A DNA stretch of 32,000 bases, taken from NCBI GenBank assembly GCA_964406405.1, contig CAYORN010000003.1, positions 146,689-178,688 on the forward strand. The letters run 5' to 3'. The stretch comes from an uncultured Alphaproteobacteria bacterium (GTDB taxonomy: Bacteria > Electryoneota > RPQS01). Both the position numbers and the translations under genes were made by a program. Below, piece after piece: positions 9,028 to 18,176 of this stretch; within the stretch, counting starts at the first letter, position 1, and every line of letters begins with the position of its first letter. The notes under the pieces are model-generated. The model had not been told where the DNA came from, did not search any database, and was given only the letters and a program-made list of their open reading frames with translations.

Positions 9028-11667
9028 TCAAATCCCGAGCCTCTGCACTGAATAACCCGCCCGAGCAAGAATCTCAGGAATGCCCGCCACCAGATCCCGG
9101 TCGATCTGTTTGATGTTCTCGGGAAGCTCTTCCCATTCTACTAAAAACTCGTTCTGCTCTGAATTGTCCTTCGATGGCTTTCCCCGCGTAAAGCCTGTTA
9201 TGAGCTTGGCTTCCATCCATAGCGCGTGCTCTTGTCGCGCCATGGTCTCAACTTCGTTCATCGAGAACTTGTAGACCGACTGATCTCCACGGGCTGGCAT
9301 CATGACAAGACCAATGGCTGCCAGTTTCTGTGGAATGGATTGAACGTTAACGCGGTTCGACTCTTTGGCCCATTCAGGAAGCTGATTGTATGGAATCAGC
9401 AGCGGATTCGTTTTCTTTTCCTCGCTCTTTTCCTCGCCAAATATGAAACCGTCAAGGCGTTTGCTTTCACAATAAGCTTCATGGGCTGCTTCAGCCAGCT
9501 TTTCAAGGATCTCCGGTGTTAACATGATTGCTTGAACCAATGACAAAAATTCCATTCCATTGACGTGTAGATTCAATTGCGCTTCGCCGGGTAGACACGA
9601 TCGCTCGAACTGAGTCTTGCCAACAAGTTGACTCATGTCGATAATTGCTTCCATGGAGCGCGCGCCATGTTTGTACTCGCGGACGTGCAGAAAAGCGTTC
9701 AACACACCGGGATCAATATTCACAGTACGTCGCCCGCTCTTACTTGCGATGATCTGCGGTGTCAGCCGTTCAAACATAGAGCGGAGCAGAATGGCGCGGC
9801 GGGTCACGAAATACGGATCGGAAGACCCATCCATCCCGGTTGGATTCGGTCCCATGACTTGAATACAGCCCTTCAAGCGGCTGATAAAGTCCGGTCCCTT
9901 GACTTCACGGAACACATCGTGACTTGCCAAGGTCTTTCCGAATGACTCGAAGGACTCGCTGGTCCCTCCAGCAAACACGAAGATGGCCTGGCCGATCGGA
10001 TGAGTAGTCGGCCCCTGTTGAAAGGCCCCGTCCTGCATCGGAGCTAGAAAATAGCGTAGCCAACCCAATGGCTGTCCCTGAAAGGTCGTATCAAATTCAT
10101 CAAAGAACACCAGGGGAATGTATCCCAGAAGTGCTTCATCGCGGACCTGGTGGAAGGCATTGTGAAGAGCTTCTACGTCGTCAAACTGCGACAAGTTGAA
10201 TTCCAGCTTTTTGATGAGACCTGGAAAGATCGACTTGGCCATTTCGGTGACACCGAAGGACTTGCCCGATCCGGGAGCACCAAATACCGCTATCGATAGC
10301 GGCCGCTTCTGACGATCCTTACCACAATATTCCGTCATCAGTACACGGATGCTGTGATAGTTCTCGATTTCTCGACGGTCAATCGTGGTAAGATTTCCGA
10401 AACGTGCGATCGGCACATTCTTGAGGGTATCGCCTATGCCTTTCAGCACTATATTCCGTGCAATTGAACTTAATGCGCCGCGATTGACGTCATCAAGAAT
10501 AGTCCAGTATTGGTTCGGTGAGGAATTGCCGGCATCCTGCGAACGAATCATGAAGTGAGCCGGATCCGGAACTTTCACGGATGCAAACTCTTCCACGGAC
10601 TTCCCGATTTCGGCGGCGACTGCAGCGAGTGGGAACGCTAACTGGACATCAGAACTACCCGTCGTTCGATCTCCATACCCTTCCAGGTGCAGTCTGCGCA
10701 TCGCGGCGATACCGCTCTGAATTGCAGCTGATAGGTTCGGGCTGGCTGGCGATGTCATCAATTGATACACGATGCTTGCGGTCATGCACGTTTTGTACCC
10801 CACCATGCCGCCTGGGTATGTGCTCGACCACATGCCTTCCATGGTTTGCCCGTCGAAAAAGATCCGCACCTGTCTATTAGTCAGTAACGCGGCGCCGGCC
10901 GTTCCTATGGAGACGACAATATGAGCGCACTGGGCTAGCGAATTTATGCAGGGATTGTAAACGAGTTCCCAGGCGAGGTCTTGCACTGTCCGTTCCCACG
11001 ACAAGCCGCGACTGATTTGGACTTCTGTCCCTCGCAGATCGTCGATGTTCATGACGACAATTAGGCGATCTGCCCAATGCTGCTGCAAGAACTCCCACAA
11101 CTGTCCTTGCGCAACCGGGCGCGACATTTTCACGACAATCCAGGGGGATTTGCGTGCCGTATCTCGCTTCAAGTGTGACCAGAGTTCAGGATGGTCGCGG
11201 AAACCCAGATCGGCATCATCAAACACGATAATCTCTGCTTTGACTATGTCGGTCAGCGAGCGTTTGGCCAGTTCGACCCAGCCACCGTCACTTCGGTCCA
11301 ACCCGGCAAACTCAGATACCCGCCAGGCGAGCTGTTCTTTGCTTCCCTTGATGTCGTACGGGAACTGCTTCCACAGCGCATAGGAATGATGACACCGGCG
11401 GTCGGCAGGATTGACAAGAAGATCGGCATCAGCGAATTTTCGGATCTCGTACTTACTTGCCCGATTATCCTGGACCTGTTCGGCGAGTTCTTCGATCAAA
11501 TTCCCCAACAAAGCCGCACCACCGCGTTGCCGGCAGGCGCGCGTGCCCGCTTCCGCCGTCCAAGAGTGGCTGACGCTTTCGTTTCTCTGAAGCCGCGCAA
11601 TGTTCCAGTCAATCGTCAGGTCGCCAGAGACCACGACCACTTTCTTTGGTTCATCTATCGTATGCAA
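9028..11667 (-). CDS. Three-part protein: PfkB/ribokinase-like N-terminal domain (tentative) - classical AAA+ ATPase - two RyR domains
   Basis: TTG start at 11667 with AAGGAG (11674-11679) 6 nt upstream. N-terminal KKVVVVSGDLTIDW, RQRGGAALLGNLIEELA and HIVVSIGTAGAALL resemble PfkB-fold motifs, but the GAGD catalytic motif is absent. VFGAPGSGKS is Walker A (about 10258-10281). LVFFDEFD is Walker B. LAPMQDG and IFVFAGGTS are AAA-like. The C-terminus has two repeats of the RyR-domain pattern (AEAAHEAYCESKRLDGFIFGEEK...NPLLIPYNQLPEWAKESNR and ARQEHALWMEAKLITGFTRGK...FLVEWEELPENIKQIDRDLV). Confidence 0.85.
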   Translation of the reverse strand: MHTIDEPKKVVVVSGDLTIDWNIARLQRNESVSHSWTAEAGTRACRQRGGAALLGNLIEELAEQVQDNRASKYEIRKFADADLLVNPADRRCHHSYALWKQFPYDIKGSKEQLAWRVSEFAGLDRSDGGWVELAKRSLTDIVKAEIIVFDDADLGFRDHPELWSHLKRDTARKSPWIVVKMSRPVAQGQLWEFLQQHWADRLIVVMNIDDLRGTEVQISRGLSWERTVQDLAWELVYNPCINSLAQCAHIVVSIGTAGAALLTNRQVRIFFDGQTMEGMWSSTYPGGMVGYKTCMTASIVYQLMTSPASPNLSAAIQSGIAAMRRLHLEGYGDRTTGSSDVQLAFPLAAVAAEIGKSVEEFASVKVPDPAHFMIRSQDAGNSSPNQYWTILDDVNRGALSSIARNIVLKGIGDTLKNVPIARFGNLTTIDRREIENYHSIRVLMTEYCGKDRQKRPLSIAVFGAPGSGKSFGVTEMAKSIFPGLIKKLEFNLSQFDDVEALHNAFHQVRDEALLGYIPLVFFDEFDTTFQGQPLGWLRYFLAPMQDGAFQQGPTTHPIGQAIFVFAGGTSESFESFGKTLASHDVFREVKGPDFISRLKGCIQVMGPNPTGMDGSSDPYFVTRRAILLRSMFERLTPQIIASKSGRRTVNIDPGVLNAFLHVREYKHGARSMEAIIDMSQLVGKTQFERSCLPGEAQLNLHVNGMEFLSLVQAIMLTPEILEKLAEAAHEAYCESKRLDGFIFGEEKSEEKKTNPLLIPYNQLPEWAKESNRVNVQSIPQKLAAIGLVMMPARGDQSVYKFSMNEVETMARQEHALWMEAKLITGFTRGKPSKDNSEQNEFLVEWEELPENIKQIDRDLVAGIPEILARAGYSVQRLGI

Positions 11668-11796
11668 TTACTACTCCTTTCACGGGTGGGATTGATCAAG
11701 GTCAGGAATTAGTATTGGTCACGTTGGCGAATCCAAGCCCTCATCGCACCCTCGCGACAGATACGAACGATAAGGATCTTGCTTTTCAATGTTGTA

Positions 11797-14700
11797 TCAA
11801 GGTGTCTCGTTTCTCGATTTCACATGGTCGAGAATCTTCTTTGTCTCTTCGGCCAAACCGATCAACCCATGGTGTATCGCCATTTCATATGCAGACTCTG
11901 CGAGCTTCTGCGCCTCGCCGCCCTGGTTCCGCTCCATTAGTATCTCCGCCTGATTTCCCAAGCTAAACGTCAAACCCTCTGGATTCCCAAGTTCTTGGCA
12001 CAATCGCTCCTGTTCCTTTAGTAAAGTCATAGCGCCATCCAGATCGCCACGGGCATACAGGATCAACGCTTGATTTCCTAGGCAGCTCTGCAAACCGTCC
12101 TTGTTCGCCAAATCCCGGCAGAGCTGCTCCTCTTCCTCGTGCAGCGCCATCGCCCCGCTTAGATCGCCCCGGGTTCGAAGGATCTCTGACTGGTTGCCAA
12201 GGCTTCGCGACAGGCTGAGCTTGTCGCCGAGTTCCCGGCAGAGTCGCTCCTGGTCCTGGAGCAAAGCCATCGCGCTATCCAGTTCGCCACGCGCATATTG
12301 GATCAGCCCTTGATTGCCTAAGCATGCTTGCAGGCTATCGCGTTTGCCCAATTCTCGAAAGATTTTTTCATTCTCCCTGCATAACACCATCGCATCGTCC
12401 AGATTCCCCTGTCGCATGAGGATCAGCGCTTGATTTTCCAGACATGCCGAAAGTTCATACTTGTTGCCCAGTTCTCGGCATAGGTGCTCTGTCTCCTTCA
12501 ATAGTGCCACAGCAGCGTCCAAATCGTTCCACATCCAGAGGATCACCGCTTGATTTTTCAGGACCGCTAACAGGATATCCTTGTCGCCTGATTCCCTGCC
12601 GAAGCGCTCTTGCTCTCTAAGCGACGCCATTGCACCTTCCAGATCACCATGGATCAGAAGGATTATCGCTTGATTGCCTAGGATTCGCGACAGGCTGAGA
12701 TTATCGCCCGCTTCCCGACAGAGACACTCACTCTCCTTGTACAGGGTCATTGCTCCGTCCAGATCGCCCCGAGTTTGAAGGATCATCGCTTGATTGTTTA
12801 GACTTGCCTGAAGACTGTTCTTGTTGCCCACTTCCCGGCAGAGGCGTTCACTTTCCTTGTATAGTGCAATCGCCCTGTCAAGATCGTCTTGAGTCTGAAA
12901 GATCGCCGCTAGATTGACCAGGCATGCCGAAAGGTTAACTATATCATCGGTGCTCCGGAAATGCTCCACCAAATCGGCACGAAGTCTCAGCGCTTCGTCA
13001 ACATACCCTGCGTCTGCGAGAAGACTCGACACTGGAAGGAGATATGAAAAATGGGTGTCGGCCACGAGATCACCGTAGGCATTGGCCATTCGTAGAGTGG
13101 AATTCTCCTCAATTCGCGTCCAGTACGCCCTTACCTCCCACTGATTGTCTTTCCAAGCCACACTGAAGAACTCCAACTTTGCCAGCAGATCGTAAAGCCG
13201 ACTCCATTCCTTCGCTTCTGCAAGTTGCCATGGCAATTCTTCCACCTTGTGGTCGGTAAGTTCGCGATTCATGAAGTAGTCGGCAATCTTCAGGTGGATG
13301 GAACGTTCATGCACAGGAGTGGGCAGGTACGCGGCGCGCACGGCCTCGCGTAGGAAATCATGGAAAAATCCGAGCAAGCCGGATCTCGAGACCAGCGAAT
13401 CACTCGCTGCAAGATAAAGCGGTGACCAAGCCGCTCGTGGCAAAGGCTGCCCGTTGGATCCTAACATGTCCAGCAATTCAGACTCCGAAAGACCACGCCG
13501 CGCCGCCCAGAGAAGTGACATGACGTCGCCTACGAGATTGGTATCTCCTTCGTAGTCCTCTTCCCAGCGGGCCAAGATTTTTCCGTAAAGTTCCGGAACT
13601 GTGTTAGCCGCAAGGTAATACCCGATGCGTTCATCGAGCCGCTCATGCATTCCAAATACACGCAGCTCTTCGAGCAGTGCACGCAAATAGAGCGGATTGG
13701 CGGTTTGCTTCGCGTCGGCAATGCGCGTTGCTCGTTCAGGGCTAAGGGCCTTTGTGTATTGTGCCAGATACTTTAGAATGAATTCCTGGCGCTCGTCGGC
13801 ATTAAGAGGTTCGACCTTCATTACCGGCCAGTCGCGCTTCATTAAATCATCTAACGACCGACCCGGCAATGTGGATACCACAAGCCTGATGTTTGCCGGA
13901 ATCACCGGCGGCAACCAAACCAAGTCAGGTGCTTGATCGCGATCTTCCAATTGGTTCAAAGCATCCAGAATCAGAACCACCTTTCCCCGCGCTGCCGTCA
14001 TGTGCAGCCAGTTGGCAAACGCAGAGCGTAACTCGTCAGGCTTGTCGGGGATCTCCTGCGTGATTCCAAACCGCCGCTTGAACTCGCCCATGATCCGCCG
14101 CAACATGGCTGACCAGTCGGTGCTACTCGATGATGCGCCGACAAAGTGCAGGATTATCAGATCGTCGGGATGTTGTTTGCGATGATGTTCAGCCCAGTTC
14201 GCCAGCAACGCTGATTTGCCTGATCCGGATTCGCCCAGCACAATGAGCGACTGACCATCTCCGTCAGCATGTTCATCGAGGCGCTGAAAATACTTGTCTC
14301 CGCCAATGTATACGCGGCGGCGGCTATCCGCAAAGGCTTCATGCTCGGCCGCTTCACGATCCAGCGGATCCGTGATCGGGGCGTCCGGATACAGGTTATC
14401 AATGAGCGCCTGCATGTCCCGCAGCACCAACTGACCAAAGGCCTTCGGATCCGGGTAGTTCTCTGCGACCGAAAAGCACTTTTTGCGAATGCGTTGCTTC
14501 AGTGCGGCCAGCTTTTCGTGCCGCTCTGCGGAGCGCTGTTCTGCTTCATCGCGTCCCCATCGCGTGATCTCCTCTTCGGTCGGCGCGTCCCGAAACATCG
14601 CTTGCCTGTCCGCCGGCAGCATATCTATGTACCTCGCATCACGAAAATAGAAAAAGGCGTGTTCCGCCATTTCCGGGTTGAGTAGCACTCCATGCAGAAT

Positions 14701-15081
14701 CTCAAGTTCGGTGACCGAGTGATTGTGGTGTTCCGCCAACCATTTTTCCTGCTCAATCAATTCTGCCGAAATCTTCTCGGGTATCCACCCGTATCGTTCC
14801 CCCAGGACACCGATGAAATACGGCCGGCAACGCTTGATCTCTTCCAGGCAAATGGGCAACACCTTGCCTTCGGCCTTCTGCTCGTCGGTCACACCCCAGC
14901 GCAGATCTACTTCACCCCAGGTTACCTGCCGTTGCTCGCAAAGCTTTCGCAGTTCAGGGAATACAAATTTGACTAATTCATCGCGCTCCGCGTACATATC
15001 CGCAAACGTGGACGACACAAAGACGCGGACGACGCGTTCGGTACTACCTGTCTGGGATCTTGGATGTTGTATGGCTGTCAT
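11797..15081 (-). CDS. DUF4062-like N-terminal domain - STAND P-loop NTPase - TPR array
   Basis: VRVFVSSTFADMYAERDEL...PYFIGVLGERYGWIP matches the DUF4062 pattern. LIVLGESGSGKSALLANW is the P-loop (about 14212-14235). VVLILDALNQLED is Walker B. The C-terminus carries nine very regular 40-aa TPR-like units. Confidence 0.9.
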   Translation of the reverse strand: MTAIQHPRSQTGSTERVVRVFVSSTFADMYAERDELVKFVFPELRKLCEQRQVTWGEVDLRWGVTDEQKAEGKVLPICLEEIKRCRPYFIGVLGERYGWIPEKISAELIEQEKWLAEHHNHSVTELEILHGVLLNPEMAEHAFFYFRDARYIDMLPADRQAMFRDAPTEEEITRWGRDEAEQRSAERHEKLAALKQRIRKKCFSVAENYPDPKAFGQLVLRDMQALIDNLYPDAPITDPLDREAAEHEAFADSRRRVYIGGDKYFQRLDEHADGDGQSLIVLGESGSGKSALLANWAEHHRKQHPDDLIILHFVGASSSSTDWSAMLRRIMGEFKRRFGITQEIPDKPDELRSAFANWLHMTAARGKVVLILDALNQLEDRDQAPDLVWLPPVIPANIRLVVSTLPGRSLDDLMKRDWPVMKVEPLNADERQEFILKYLAQYTKALSPERATRIADAKQTANPLYLRALLEELRVFGMHERLDERIGYYLAANTVPELYGKILARWEEDYEGDTNLVGDVMSLLWAARRGLSESELLDMLGSNGQPLPRAAWSPLYLAASDSLVSRSGLLGFFHDFLREAVRAAYLPTPVHERSIHLKIADYFMNRELTDHKVEELPWQLAEAKEWSRLYDLLAKLEFFSVAWKDNQWEVRAYWTRIEENSTLRMANAYGDLVADTHFSYLLPVSSLLADAGYVDEALRLRADLVEHFRSTDDIVNLSACLVNLAAIFQTQDDLDRAIALYKESERLCREVGNKNSLQASLNNQAMILQTRGDLDGAMTLYKESECLCREAGDNLSLSRILGNQAIILLIHGDLEGAMASLREQERFGRESGDKDILLAVLKNQAVILWMWNDLDAAVALLKETEHLCRELGNKYELSACLENQALILMRQGNLDDAMVLCRENEKIFRELGKRDSLQACLGNQGLIQYARGELDSAMALLQDQERLCRELGDKLSLSRSLGNQSEILRTRGDLSGAMALHEEEEQLCRDLANKDGLQSCLGNQALILYARGDLDGAMTLLKEQERLCQELGNPEGLTFSLGNQAEILMERNQGGEAQKLAESAYEMAIHHGLIGLAEETKKILDHVKSRNETP
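11884..12963 (-). repeat. Nine tandem 120-nt (40-aa) coding repeats in the TPR array of the STAND protein
   Basis: Units start at 12963, 12843, 12723 ... 12003 on the minus strand. The consensus is roughly LCRELG[DN]K.SL...LGNQA.IL..RGDLDGAM.L.KE.ER. Confidence 0.8.
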
Positions 15082-15094
15082 GAGTTGCGAAAGC

Positions 15095-16789
15095 TCACGC
15101 CGGCTGTTTCACGTTTAAGAACCTTACCAGCCCGCGCCAGTCCTGGGATTCGGTCAGCACGATATTGTCTACCCGGCGCACGATGCTTTCGAACTCCTCA
15201 ACCGATGCCGTTTCGACGGTAGAAGCGATCGCCTGCAATTGGTCCGACATGTCTTCACTTCGGGCAGCCAACCGTTCATACTCCCGATGGCTGCGGAACC
15301 AAATAATGGCTGCACCCAGCGAAGGCAGGATTAGGGCGGAGAGAACGGCGAACCTCCCCAAGTAATCAACACTAGGCCACAAGATGAAGCTGAAGATATG
15401 CGCCAAAGCAGCGAGCATCGTCGCATAGAAGAGGGTGCTGCCGATAACCTCAAACCGACGATCGAGAATTGTGCGCTCGTCGGCACGCTTGAGATGCCAT
15501 CGTCGTTGGTCGCGCACCCAGACATTGGCAATGAACGCGCGCTTGGCGTCGAGTTCAGTGCCCAAAGCTGGTGGCGGGGTGTTCAATTTGCGGATGATAC
15601 AATTGAATACGCAGGCCGTCCAATCGCACCTCGCTTCAAAACCTGTTAATGCTGTGTCCTGTTTCAGCGGCGACGGTGAAACCCCTACGGCCAGAAGAAA
15701 GGATGCAGCACGAAGCCGCTCGGCGAGAAAGCGCAGCAATATCCATTGGCTATGATGGCCTTTCCTGTGAGATCGTGCTACCAACAGTAAGATTCCAACC
15801 AGGGCCATTGCCTCGAGCGTGAAGAACGCAATGTCCCAACTCGCAACCATAGCACCGAGGGCAACAAACACGATGGCAGCCATCGCGAGCACATAAACTA
15901 AGATGCCGGTCAGTCGATATGAACGTTGGTTTCGTTTGGCGATGGCTGAGGCGATAGCGTAGGCAGGTACGAGCTTTTGTTCCACCTCTTGAATCGATGC
16001 CGCGTTCAGGCCACCCGCTTTGGCCGGATTAAACGGGTTTGTCCACTCAAGTGACCCAGCATGTTCTGGACTGCCCTGATTGTACGACGTCACAAACGTT
16101 TTCATGGCAACATGGCCCGTGCGGTCGTAGCGGCGAAGCCGGTAACGGCGGATCGGGTAGTCACCTCTACTTACGTCAATGAGGTATGTAGGTACGCCAA
16201 GGTCATGTGCAAGATCCAGGATATCTCGTGTGCCGCCGAGTTGACCTGCCCGATGGGGATCGTACAGGGCGATCAGGAAATCGCAATGCCGAAGCACGTA
16301 CTCCCCTGCTTCCCGATACGCGGCATGCCGTAAGTCTCGTTGCTCCTGAGGAGTCTTGGCATCTGCAGCAATGAGACGACCCCGCAAGTAGATCGTAGAT
16401 GTGGGGTCTTTGGGCAGAAAAGCATCGAACTCTCGGCGCGACTCCTCGACAGCATTTAGACGTAGTGGTGCCCCGCGTGCATCCAGCCCAAAGGTGTTTT
16501 CGTAATCCGCTCTCGTCAAGGGAATAACAGCCATTAAGCTTGCATCAGTGTTCCTCAGTACTTCATGCGCAACAATCCGATCGGCACCATCGGCAAGACA
16601 CGAAACCACCTCCCATTGCAAGTGAACTGTCTGTTCAGGATCAATGAGCTTTTGAATGTCCTTGAGTACCGCTCGCACCTGATCGACGAGCTCTTTGTTC
16701 GCGACCAAATCTCGATGCCCTGTGACGCCGACGCGAACTCGAAAGTGAAAACGGCAATCGGGACTGTCATTCTCTTGTGCATCAGACAT
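15095..16789 (-). CDS. SLOG (LOG-like Rossmannoid) domain fused to a SLATT-like 4-TM module (predicted ligand-gated membrane effector)
   Basis: VGVTGHRDL...SCLADGADRIVAHEVL...AYREAGEYVLRHCDFLIALYD...LGGTRDILDLAHDLGVPTYLI is a SLOG/YpsA-like pattern (about 16160-16747). Two hydrophobic hairpins follow (LTGILVYVLAMAAIVFVALGAMV / IAFFTLEAMALVGILLLVA and IGSTLFYATMLAALAHIFSFIL / FAVLSALILPSLGAAIIWF, about 15290-15922). Each hairpin is followed by an amphipathic helix. The track ORF starts at GTG 16834. I prefer ATG 16789, which has AGGAG 8 nt upstream. The stop lies 13 nt before the STAND gene start. Confidence 0.8.
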   Translation of the reverse strand: MSDAQENDSPDCRFHFRVRVGVTGHRDLVANKELVDQVRAVLKDIQKLIDPEQTVHLQWEVVSCLADGADRIVAHEVLRNTDASLMAVIPLTRADYENTFGLDARGAPLRLNAVEESRREFDAFLPKDPTSTIYLRGRLIAADAKTPQEQRDLRHAAYREAGEYVLRHCDFLIALYDPHRAGQLGGTRDILDLAHDLGVPTYLIDVSRGDYPIRRYRLRRYDRTGHVAMKTFVTSYNQGSPEHAGSLEWTNPFNPAKAGGLNAASIQEVEQKLVPAYAIASAIAKRNQRSYRLTGILVYVLAMAAIVFVALGAMVASWDIAFFTLEAMALVGILLLVARSHRKGHHSQWILLRFLAERLRAASFLLAVGVSPSPLKQDTALTGFEARCDWTACVFNCIIRKLNTPPPALGTELDAKRAFIANVWVRDQRRWHLKRADERTILDRRFEVIGSTLFYATMLAALAHIFSFILWPSVDYLGRFAVLSALILPSLGAAIIWFRSHREYERLAARSEDMSDQLQAIASTVETASVEEFESIVRRVDNIVLTESQDWRGLVRFLNVKQPA

Positions 16790-17102
16790 TTGGATCGCTC
16801 CTGTAATTGATGCGTCTCTCTCGAGAACAGTCACCTGTTCGTAACTTGTGAATCTTGATGGTGTCAGTGCTTCATTGTCAATTCTGGGGAAATGCGCTTG
16901 TTCGACATCTTACGACTCCGGTACCTTCGGACCTACCTGACGCAAGATCCGTTCGTCCCACTTGTGATTTACTGGCCATCCCGTAAAACGGATCAATCTG
17001 GTGACTAACCAGTAGCTCTACCTGACAGGCAGTAGTGAGGCGCACCTGTCGTCCTCGCTTCGAAAGTGTACGCAAAGACGTGTAATCTCTCGACGCGGAT
17101 AC

Positions 17103-18176
17103 TTACTTCCCAAAATGCGGCAGAATGCTATCATTGAAATGGAGCTTGGCCTTGAGCTCCGGCGGAGGTGCCACTCTTTCGGATGAAGGAAGGGGAAAGG
17201 GATCAATGTAATCAATCCCCCGTAACTTGAGTGCGAGGCGCCACTCTCTGTCAACCCACTTCGATCGACTAGCTGCTTCTGACCAGAACAGATAGAAAAC
17301 GTCCTGCCGAGGTATCATTTTGAAGAGGACTTCTTCGTAGTGGTCCCCCGATCGCAGACTGAGGACGTCCAAGAACACATTGACGCCCGCCTTCTCCAAT
17401 CCGTGGACCCTTGCCAACACTGCTTCTTGGTCTTCATGTGCATAGGAAGCAAATGCCGAGTGATACCTTTTGTCCCTCACTCGCAACTGTCGCGTATAAA
17501 TAGTCGGTCGGGATCTGATCTTAAGTGCGAAATCAACGCGCGCAATTTCAAGTCCGTTCACATAGAATTGCGCAACTCCGTGTCGGCTTCCACGCTTACA
17601 GTATTTAGGTACGGTGAGCGCAAATGTCGTCTTGCCGCTCTTCCCGTCCCAGACCAAAGGCTTGGCAGGTGGCTCGACGCTCACGCCCTCTATGCGCACA
17701 CTAACATAGAGCACAGCGCCGCGCAGAACACGGGCAGGGCCCTGTGTTATGATTAGCGGCTGCCCACGCACTTCATTGTGTACCATCTCCATCACCTGCG
17801 CACGATATTTCCGAAGGTAGGCCCAGATACTCAGCACGTGCACACCACCCGGCATCAGCACGGAAGGTGTAATTACAGCGAGATGAACGTCGTCAGTAAG
17901 CCGTCCCATACTCGTTTCCGGATGTGAAGCATTATCTCCAACATCGAGTTGGTCGTATGGCTGAGACTCGGTTTTCAGGCCGCCGGCTGTCGAAGTTGCT
18001 TCCGTTGTCGGTTTTGGAGTGGAACGTGAGCGTTTAGCGGGTTTCTCCGCCGATGGTCGAGATTCACGGTCCTTATCGCCATTCTCTTTAGACTTGACCA
18101 TTCCGAGTCCGTTAGCGGGAAACAAGAAGCCGATCAAACGGAAAAGCAGCGATAAGAGTTTCCATAAAGTCCCCAT
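17103..18176 (-). CDS. Membrane-anchored TIR-domain protein (N-terminal hydrophobic anchor, K/S/T/P linker, beta-rich middle domain, C-terminal TIR)
   Basis: AGGAG lies 7 nt upstream of ATG 18176. The N-terminus is LWKLLSLLFRLIGFLFPANGLG followed by a highly basic linker. The C-terminus YHSAFASYAHEDQ...VFLDVLSLRSGD...DVFYLFWSEAASRSKWVDREWRLAL is a TIR_2-like pattern that keeps the conserved Glu. Confidence 0.85.
   Translation of the reverse strand: MGTLWKLLSLLFRLIGFLFPANGLGMVKSKENGDKDRESRPSAEKPAKRSRSTPKPTTEATSTAGGLKTESQPYDQLDVGDNASHPETSMGRLTDDVHLAVITPSVLMPGGVHVLSIWAYLRKYRAQVMEMVHNEVRGQPLIITQGPARVLRGAVLYVSVRIEGVSVEPPAKPLVWDGKSGKTTFALTVPKYCKRGSRHGVAQFYVNGLEIARVDFALKIRSRPTIYTRQLRVRDKRYHSAFASYAHEDQEAVLARVHGLEKAGVNVFLDVLSLRSGDHYEEVLFKMIPRQDVFYLFWSEAASRSKWVDREWRLALKLRGIDYIDPFPLPSSERVAPPPELKAKLHFNDSILPHFGK

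Noticed and set aside
6447-17756. Numerous 60-170-aa ORFs antisense to or overlapping the large island genes (for example 6447..6683, 7565..8232, 9080..9945, 10581..11712, 13697..14976, 15165..15755, 16061..16810, 17340..17756)
   Set aside because: Each lies entirely inside a much longer ORF with clear domain content on the opposite strand or in another frame. Their compositions are Arg/Ser/Pro-rich, as is typical of off-frame translation.
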